Part shown: one piece after another, positions 56,465 through 64,000 of the stretch
Numbering within the stretch: the stretch's first letter is position 1
How the letters are laid out: the number at the start of each line of letters is the position of its first letter
Source: Paramoeba atlantica
Taxonomy: Eukaryota > Protista > Discosea
DNA length: 64,000 nt
Reading direction: 5' to 3'
Assembly: GCA_977017575.1 (NCBI GenBank)
Contig: CDRNVI010000067.1
Location: forward strand, 141,662 to 205,661
Made by a program: the position numbers and the translations under genes
Notes under the pieces: generated by a model
The model's database searches: none
The model's input: the letters and a program-made list of their open reading frames with translations, nothing else
What the model was told of the DNA's origin: nothing

Positions 56465-57435
56465 ATGATGCTCGCTCTTTTTCCTCTTCGACAAATTCGT
56501 GGTCTCAGGGATACCATATTACTGATATGTCTTTTTTCGGCGCTACTTTTTCTTAGTGCAATTTCTTCCAAGCGATGCGGAATAAATTGCCGAGATTTCG
56601 AGGTTGAAACAGATCAGAAACAAGGTCTAAATGCGTATTTTGGAGAATTTTTAGATGCTAGCGCGATCGAAAAGCGCCCGCATGAATTTGATGAATTGTT
56701 TAGCAAAACTTTGCATTGGGAAGGGTGTGCGCTGCGTGAAGTTAATTGGAATTTTGAAAAGGTGCCGCGTTCATTTCCGACCGTCAAGCATGAAATTTCT
56801 TTTGATTGGAGTGTCTTTCCCGAAACTTTACGAAAAGTGGAAATTTCATTCGATGACTGGGGAACTTGCCTGTGTATATATGAGAGAACTACAAGAACTC
56901 ATTCTTTGTCATAATGATATCAGTTGAATGTGACGGATAAAGCTTTGCCTTTCTTATCCACTGGCCTCCGTGTGTTAGATTTGTCTCACAATCTTATCAG
57001 CGGAAACCTTCAAGCTACGTTTGCCGCACTCCCTCCGTCACTTCGAATCCTAGATTTAAGTTCTAACGAAATTACGGGTAAGCTTCATATAAGCGACGTG
57101 CCAAATCATTTGGAAATATTGCGTCTTAAGAATAATAAAGGCTTAAGAATAAAGGCTTGCATGAAAATCCGTGGATTTCAGTTGATACTACTCTACTGAG
57201 AGAACATTTTCAGGATTCAAACAAGAAAAGGAAACTGAATTCTTCTCAGAGTGCCCCATTTAAGGACTCGGTTTCACAAATCGCAATGTCGCTGAGGGAG
57301 CTGGATTTATCTTCCAACCAATTGAAAGGAAGCGTGGAACTTAACTTGCCACGGAACTTAACTTATCTAAACTTGGGTAAGAATAATTTAGTTGTGGAAG
57401 CGATACGTACGTCCAACTTAATTTTCTTGCTTTAA
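56465..57435 (+). pseudogene. Frameshifted LRR gene with an N-terminal hydrophobic signal/anchor
   Basis: ILLICLFSALLFLSAIS, then LRR pieces (LRVLDLSHNLISG, LRELDLSSNQLKG) spread over several frames. Confidence 0.75.
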
Positions 57436-57993
57436 GACTAAAACTGGAAAGGAACTCGACGTTTTCGTGCAAAAGATTTTTGGAAACAGTTTGACAAATA
57501 GAATACAAATAGATAGAATTCGTGCACAAAACACTTATGGGCAGCATTTTTCCAGCCCCTTGTGTGACTCTAATTTTTTCAGTGTGTCTTGAGTAGCATT
57601 AGGAAAAAACATGTATTTTCTTGCCGTTTTACTTGCCTCAGTAATTGCCTCTGTGAGCCTTAGAACGTGTTGATTCATTTCATGTCCTCATTTCATGTTA
57701 CGGATATTCAATCAGAGGCTGTCTCTTTCCTCATATTTTAGCGATCACACGGAAATAAAATTACATGTAAAATTCAGCATTTTATGTTCATTTTATAAAT
57801 CGGAAACTCATTCTTAATCCATCATGGGAGGAAATTCGGCGCATGTACAGTTCTTTCGAACACGACAAGTAATCTGACTTTCAGGAAGCGTTGGCATTTA
57901 TTCGGATCTATGAACCGCATCATTTAGATCCGACTCGCTTCGCAATTTGGTGCCGGAAAAGCTGTTCTGGTCCTCGCGTTCAACGATTAGAAA

Positions 57994-60780
57994 ATGAAGG
58001 ACTCAGATGATGCGGTTGATGTGGTGAAGCCGATGGATATCGTCCGCGGAAGTCTGAACAAGAAAGACATGACAAAAGAGTACAATTCTTCCCTTCTTGC
58101 CTCTATGGCGAAAGAAGTCCAAAACGGCTTGAAAAGTACCGAATGCGAGACATTTGCAGCCACTCTTTTAAAGAAGAAAAGGCTCGCCTTGATCTGGAAA
58201 TTGATGTACGAACTTTTGAAGGAGATGCAAAAAAATGTACCCTCGATAGTATACGCACAAGCACTTGGAAATGCCCGTTGTTTTTTTGTTGACATTGAGG
58301 TAGCGCTTTCTGAATTCGCAAGGTCGGAAGTCCCAGAATTGGGTAGCGTTTCACGCGATCTTCGTTATCAATGCGTAATGAATTTGGGAGACTTATGGCG
58401 ATATGAAGCTCAGCTTCCGAAACAATTAACTGATTTGAATGCCACCGAACGAACGGAAGTAAATACTGAATCTCGCAAAGAGGATAAAAAATATCAAGTT
58501 AACGATCATGCGAGCTATGCCTTTGATCACAAAACAATGTCACATGCGATTGAATATTATCAAAGTGCAACCCATTTGAATCCCACCTGGGGCCATGCGT
58601 ACAATCAACTCTCGGTGTGCTATCTTCAAAAGAAACGCTATGTGGACGCGTTACTTTACTCTCTTCTCTCCATGTCGGCGGCTAGGCCTTTTATTCTTTT
58701 TGGATCTGAAAATGCGCAGCGAAATATGAATGCTATTCGAAAAGCGACAGGCTGGTCCGTTAGAGACGAAGGCAGCGAGAACGATAAAGTTGTGACCGAG
58801 GAACAAAAAATAAAGAAAATGGAATCAAGTATTTGCCATCTTTTTGCTACGATCTGTGTAAAAGAAGAAGTAGACCAGGTACTCATGGATCGAGCGACAA
58901 CACTTTGGAAGCGTACCATGGATGAGTCATTTGATTCCCAGGCAGAAGATCAGCCCTTCACAATTTCCCCGAGTCTCGCGGCTTGTCTTCTGTGTATTCA
59001 GAGTCTTCGTAGTGAGAAATCCGAAGTTCAATCCACCCCTTCAAAAAACACAAAAGATTTTACGATGGATAAACTTTTATCAATCTTTTTACGCGGGATT
59101 CTAGACGCCCTAAGTAACGCCCTTTGCCTTTTTCCCAAAGATACTCAAAAAAGTTTAGATGGCGACCCTACCAGCCCGAGTCACATAAAAAATATATCGA
59201 CCACCCCCAACCTCTGCCGATCCTTATTTCAAGCGTTTCTGCTTTTGGCTCCACTTCTTATCGGAGAAACGAAGACAAAGCGCACCTCTGGTATCTTTAC
59301 CCCAACATTTCGTACCTTAGCCCAACACCATTTTAACGTTTGCTGTGAAAAAAGATATGATTTATGGCATTCCCGTATTTGTAGTGGAAAGCCTGTGACG
59401 GGTTTTACCTTTAAAGAGGCTCAGAGTACGTTAACCCGAAGTTCCTTTACCTCGTTTAAAACCTTTTGTGCGCAACAAACACGGAAGGACATTCTGCTTC
59501 ACGAATTACCTCGGTTGTTTTATCTTCCGTTCGAGCTTGGCTTTGCGCTGGATGCGAATGAAATTGGATGCAAAAACAAATCGATTCAAGGCATGGAAGA
59601 TCGTTTGCGTGTCTATTCGCTGAAATCGCCCCATTTTCAAGGTCTAAAGGAAGTCGATCATGTGTTTCAAATGTACTGGCGATTCCTATGGTGCTATCGC
59701 GAAGAATTGGGATTACATTATCGGAAAAGGTGGGATGAAAATGAAATGAGTGTGCGTCAAAAGGAACTCCGCATCAGTAAAATGCAAGACGAGCCCTATG
59801 AAGTCAGGAAACAAATAAGCGCGTCGTCACGAGAAGAGGTGAAAATCGTTCAAAAGAAAAAATCTGTGGTTACGAATATTTCCAAGTCGAGATCAAAATC
59901 AACATTTGCACAGAAAATACCTGAAGCAATTTCATCTCCAACATTGTTGGAAACGCCTGAGATTTCACAAACAACCGAAGCCCTTTCTCAGGATTGGCTC
60001 AGCAATGCATTGGCAAGTCCTAAAGCCTCTGAAATGTTAAGCGATGGAGTCCATAACACACGGAGTGAATTCCAGCTGACACAGCTCGTTCGATCATTTA
60101 GTCGCGTCTTCGAGGAAGAAGACAAGGGAGAAGAAGAATTTGAGAAAGAAAAATTGGGAACGAAATCTGAAAATTCGGAAAAAGAAACGGAAATAGAGGA
60201 GAGAGAAGAATCTGGTGCGGATTCAGATTCGTTCTCTGCGGAAATTGAAAAGGACTTGGACGATATTGTCGGTGAAGTGATGTTTCCAGCCGAATGTAAT
60301 TTTATGGAAGTCATAAAAAAGGATTTTGAGCCTCTCAAAAGGACGACGGAGAATGAAGTCCAGACAAGTTCTCCATTAAATTCTGACTTCTTTGATTCAG
60401 GTGGTCAAAAAGAGACAACAAATGAATGGGTGCAGCCACATGAGTCTAACGCTACATGTAAATGGGATTTTCATGAACCGTCACATTCTGGGATATTAAA
60501 AACGAAACAAGAAAGCTCTGTAATCTTAATGACCGATGTTGGGAAAACAAAAAAAGAAGGGAGGAACGCGGAGAATTTTATTTCTACTCAAATAGGTACT
60601 GACAGTGATATGAAAATGGAAAGGGGCTGGAAACCGACGACGCTTGACTCGCTCCGTCAATGTACCTCTGTCAAAGACGCGAACAGTGGGGAGTACTCTA
60701 TGGATGGCGTTGGCAGTTCGCCTGGCGTTCAATTCTCAATGCTTGCCCCTTTGCTTCATGTCGAGAAAAAAAAGTTATAG
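57994..60780 (+). CDS. EST1/SMG7-like protein (14-3-3-like TPR domain, no PIN domain; 928 aa)
   Basis: LGDLWRY..AIEYYQSA.HLNP.WGHAYNQL..Y..ALLY.L.S..A.PF is the Est1 DNA/RNA-binding motif. The C-terminus is acidic and low complexity. Confidence 0.82.
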   Translation: MKDSDDAVDVVKPMDIVRGSLNKKDMTKEYNSSLLASMAKEVQNGLKSTECETFAATLLKKKRLALIWKLMYELLKEMQKNVPSIVYAQALGNARCFFVDIEVALSEFARSEVPELGSVSRDLRYQCVMNLGDLWRYEAQLPKQLTDLNATERTEVNTESRKEDKKYQVNDHASYAFDHKTMSHAIEYYQSATHLNPTWGHAYNQLSVCYLQKKRYVDALLYSLLSMSAARPFILFGSENAQRNMNAIRKATGWSVRDEGSENDKVVTEEQKIKKMESSICHLFATICVKEEVDQVLMDRATTLWKRTMDESFDSQAEDQPFTISPSLAACLLCIQSLRSEKSEVQSTPSKNTKDFTMDKLLSIFLRGILDALSNALCLFPKDTQKSLDGDPTSPSHIKNISTTPNLCRSLFQAFLLLAPLLIGETKTKRTSGIFTPTFRTLAQHHFNVCCEKRYDLWHSRICSGKPVTGFTFKEAQSTLTRSSFTSFKTFCAQQTRKDILLHELPRLFYLPFELGFALDANEIGCKNKSIQGMEDRLRVYSLKSPHFQGLKEVDHVFQMYWRFLWCYREELGLHYRKRWDENEMSVRQKELRISKMQDEPYEVRKQISASSREEVKIVQKKKSVVTNISKSRSKSTFAQKIPEAISSPTLLETPEISQTTEALSQDWLSNALASPKASEMLSDGVHNTRSEFQLTQLVRSFSRVFEEEDKGEEEFEKEKLGTKSENSEKETEIEEREESGADSDSFSAEIEKDLDDIVGEVMFPAECNFMEVIKKDFEPLKRTTENEVQTSSPLNSDFFDSGGQKETTNEWVQPHESNATCKWDFHEPSHSGILKTKQESSVILMTDVGKTKKEGRNAENFISTQIGTDSDMKMERGWKPTTLDSLRQCTSVKDANSGEYSMDGVGSSPGVQFSMLAPLLHVEKKKL

Positions 60781-61485
60781 ATGTCCAAAACGTTAGTTGG
60801 CCGTATCACTCGTGCTTGGCGTAAGCAGCTTCTTTTCAAGCTCAAAAAACTTTGAAGAAAGCAGCACTGATCGATAGTAGCCTAACCTAGCTCTCAAATA
60901 AGGAAGAATCAATACGTTGTTATGAAAAACTACCGTAATAAGCCGCGGAATTGATTGAGTTGTATTTTTGTTTGACATTTTAGTAATTATTTGAAAGAAG
61001 TCTAATGATACGTTATCAAGTTCAGATAGCCTAGCCCTTAAAATGCGTTGTACGCTTTTGTTTGAGATTTTTTTTATTTGTGTTGTAACACTTTCATATG
61101 CTATGTTCTTCATATTTATATATATCTTTTGGAAAATTTTTCCCATGCGTTTGTAGACGGGAGATTTTCCCAGCAATTTGTGAAGTAGTTTTTCCAACGT
61201 GATACCAGTATATTCGTGTATGACTTTGCCTCAATTGCACCTTCCTTAGTACATTATATAGTAGTACAAGTACGTTGGCTTTTGGCAAACGTTATAGACT
61301 ACAATACGTGAAAACTAACAATTGGTTACGAAAACCGAACTTCCCTTTGTGTATGGTCGATCCACTTTTTTGCCATTGAAAAGCCTAGAAACGCTTCGTT
61401 TACTCTTACCTTTGTTATTTCTCGTTGTCTCATTGTTTTCTGTGCACTCCTTGACACGGCAACTCTGCAGTGCTCTGCTGTAAAC

Positions 61486-64000
61486 ATGCGGAAGACAATA
61501 TCTCGAGAGAATACTCCTATGCGCCGCACTCGTATTCCTGTCCTCTCTCATCTTGCGATATGCTTTGCCGTCTTTTCGATTCATTCGATCGGAGGTTCAT
61601 CCTGCGAAAAGATTTCTAAGTACGAACTATCACCCGTTTCGTGGGTTCCTCCTTGGGCCATTACAACCAGCGATCCGATTCGACGTAGACCGAAATTTCC
61701 TTCTGACAACCTTGAGGACGACAAGAGCTTTCAAACCCGGAGCGTGTCTTCCTCAGGCGCCTCAGGATACTCCAAAGCACGTAGCCCTCCTGCGGGACGC
61801 GAAAGCGCACAATCTGCTTCGTCCATACGAGCCGGGGCTCGACGAGCCGCTGCGGCTGAACGATCCCTTACCAATTCCCCTACTGAATCGGCTCTTGCGA
61901 AAGCCAAAGCGCTGCGACAAGAAATTCACAGCAGTCCCTCACGACAAACATCCCTAAATTCCAATCCAAGCCCAAAGACTGTGACAGCAAATCCGATTTC
62001 CAGCGCCCCCCTTGAGGGAAAAGGAAGTGGAACCAATTCACCAAATGATCCCCGTTCTCGCGCTTCGGGATCTTCCGCAAATGTACACGTTTCGCCTACC
62101 TTATTGGCGCAAGCCACCCAAGCACCTCGAATGAATGCCCGCAGTCTTGGCTCGACCCCTACTCCATTGGCATTACCCCAAGACAGTCCTCACCCCTCTG
62201 GCCTCCCCTCGAGTCTAGCTACACAATTAGTGCAGCTACTCCGGCGGGACGTTAGTGGGTTAAACGCGTTTTTACGAACCTTTACGGTTGAACATTACGA
62301 AAAGGAAAACAGCGAGCCCAATCTGTCAGCGCCACCCCCGAAAAAAACAAACCCTTTGCGTCCCGAGGTCTCACGAAGTTATATTCACCCCCTAGCGTCA
62401 TGGGAGGATCCGGTGCTGCGATGGGTACGGGAGGCGTTGGATTTAGAGGAGATGGGGGTGCAGAACGCAGCGGAAAAAGCACACTTGATTAACCCGACAG
62501 GCTCCGCTGGCGCGACACTGTCCTCCCCTAATGATCCACGAATGGTATTGTTACAAGGCGGGCAAAATGCGTTTGGCCGGCCGAGCGCGGCACATTCGGC
62601 ACCCCATCCGATGCATGGGGCTTCGTCGTTTCCCTCTTTTGGACAGTTTTCTCCCAAGAACAATACGCTCTCCTTTGCCTCTATGCCACAAGAACCATTG
62701 CCCCCGACTCATCGGCTGGAGATTCCGATTTTCGCTCCCAATCACGCCAAACGAGAAGAGACGCCTGTGGGACGATGGCTGGTTCGTGCGCAAATCCGGG
62801 CGCGAACGAGTCTCCCCCCAAGCACTCCCCATAAGAATCCGAATTCCATCAAATCCGGGCGCTCGCGAAGTGTCGAACGACGAGCGCATCCCCCAAAGGG
62901 AGAACGCCAACATGGGAGTTTCTCCTCATCGCGAACTACGCCTACAGGAAGTCGGCGACATCCTTCCGAGAGTGGAAGGCCTTCAAAAACCACAGGATCG
63001 ACCAGTTTCTATGGACCTTCGGGGGCAGGAAGTAGCCCCGTCCCGGGCAAAGAGGAGTACATTCTCACCCATGCCCAGCTCATTCCACAGGAACAGATTG
63101 CCTCATTGTACTCCCTCACGGTTGCGCGCATCAACCCCAACGAAGCCGCGCTAACGTCCCGTTTCGCCACACGTCGCGGGTGGACACTCCAGCGTTCGCC
63201 GTTGAATACACCAAGTGAGGATATTACCCATCACTGGGAGAAGGGGGAGGAAGCCGGGATGCCACAACATCACGCCCATAGCGGTACTGCGCAGCACACC
63301 ACCGACAACGGCCATTCCCCCACGACCTACCGTCGACGAAGCTCCAGCGAGTACGCCATGGGAAAAAACCCCTCCGACGCCCCTACCGGTCTAGTCGTGC
63401 TCTGGGTGCATCTCTCCTATGCCCTCGACCTCAGCGGGTCCTACCGACGTGCCATCTATGAACAACAACAGCGACGACGAGGCCATCAACCCCCCCCCAC
63501 CGGAACCACAAAAGAAATGATGAATGCCAGTGCCACCCTCTCCGCCCCCGGTACCCCCCCATGGCCTGCCTACCTCTCCCAACCTCATCCCCAATACGAC
63601 CCCCCGCCCTCGGAAACCCCCTCCCCCATCTGTACCCTCACGACCTATCCTCGAAGGGTAAGCACAACCCACGCCTCCGCATCACCCTCTTCCCGTTCAT
63701 CCGCAGCTTCTTCCCCTTCCCCTTCCCCTTCCCTAACCCCACCCACCTCAGAGGCATCGCAATCTAAAACCAAAACCCAATCTAAAGCCAAAACGAAACC
63801 CAAAACGAAAGCCAAAGAAGCACAGCAAAATCTTCAAAATCCGCAAAAGGCACAAAATGCACAAAATGCCCAAAATCCGCAAAAGGCACAAAATGCACGA
63901 AATGCACGAAATGAGCGAAATGAACGAAATCTGCAAAATGCACAAAATGAGCGAAAGGAACGAAATCCTCAACATGTCCCAAAGGAACGAAATCCCCCCC
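61486..64000 (+). CDS. Long Ser/Pro-rich protein (>=838 aa) running off the window; absent from the ORF track
   Basis: I read this frame codon by codon and found no stop from 61312 to 64000. First ATG is at 61486; hydrophobic IPVLSHLAICFAVFSI near the start; C-terminal KTK/QNAQ/RNE repeats. Confidence 0.85.
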   Translation, partial: MRKTISRENTPMRRTRIPVLSHLAICFAVFSIHSIGGSSCEKISKYELSPVSWVPPWAITTSDPIRRRPKFPSDNLEDDKSFQTRSVSSSGASGYSKARSPPAGRESAQSASSIRAGARRAAAAERSLTNSPTESALAKAKALRQEIHSSPSRQTSLNSNPSPKTVTANPISSAPLEGKGSGTNSPNDPRSRASGSSANVHVSPTLLAQATQAPRMNARSLGSTPTPLALPQDSPHPSGLPSSLATQLVQLLRRDVSGLNAFLRTFTVEHYEKENSEPNLSAPPPKKTNPLRPEVSRSYIHPLASWEDPVLRWVREALDLEEMGVQNAAEKAHLINPTGSAGATLSSPNDPRMVLLQGGQNAFGRPSAAHSAPHPMHGASSFPSFGQFSPKNNTLSFASMPQEPLPPTHRLEIPIFAPNHAKREETPVGRWLVRAQIRARTSLPPSTPHKNPNSIKSGRSRSVERRAHPPKGERQHGSFSSSRTTPTGSRRHPSESGRPSKTTGSTSFYGPSGAGSSPVPGKEEYILTHAQLIPQEQIASLYSLTVARINPNEAALTSRFATRRGWTLQRSPLNTPSEDITHHWEKGEEAGMPQHHAHSGTAQHTTDNGHSPTTYRRRSSSEYAMGKNPSDAPTGLVVLWVHLSYALDLSGSYRRAIYEQQQRRRGHQPPPTGTTKEMMNASATLSAPGTPPWPAYLSQPHPQYDPPPSETPSPICTLTTYPRRVSTTHASASPSSRSSAASSPSPSPSLTPPTSEASQSKTKTQSKAKTKPKTKAKEAQQNLQNPQKAQNAQNAQNPQKAQNARNARNERNERNLQNAQNERKERNPQHVPKERNPP

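Noticed and set aside
63748-63982. Minus-strand hydrophobic repeat ORFs (ILCILC/FVHFAH)
   Set aside because: These are antisense shadows of the QNA/RNE repeats in the long + strand ORF.

Overview
Eukaryotic, repeat-rich genomic DNA. Every host-type gene is intronless and on the + strand. That organisation, and the LRR family present, resemble a kinetoplastid/Perkinsela-like protist; this taxon assignment is inference from memory and is not verified. The window holds about 16 short LRR loci (cap WxxxxxxCxWxGVxC plus LPxxLxxLxLxxN repeats, several pseudogenised), a near-identical 5451-bp tandem duplication, an EST1/SMG7-like gene, a 755-aa helical-repeat protein, and a long ORF (>=838 aa) running off the right edge that the ORF track missed. 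Between the genes lie nested relics of many transposon groups (Tc1, pogo, hAT, PIF/IS5-like, Merlin, CRE non-LTR, DIRS/VIPER-like RT, possibly Academ) and many MITEs. The main observations are: (1) a three-copy tRNA-derived SINE with an oligo-T tail and target-site duplications; (2) a four-member LRR subfamily that all end in a CaaX-like prenylation box and are losing their cap cysteines; (3) a nucleotide-identical cap cassette with mosaic variable parts in another LRR subfamily; (4) a Helentron/DINE-like non-autonomous element and a candidate 11-kb TIR-bounded composite element. All alignments were done by eye; no database searches were run.
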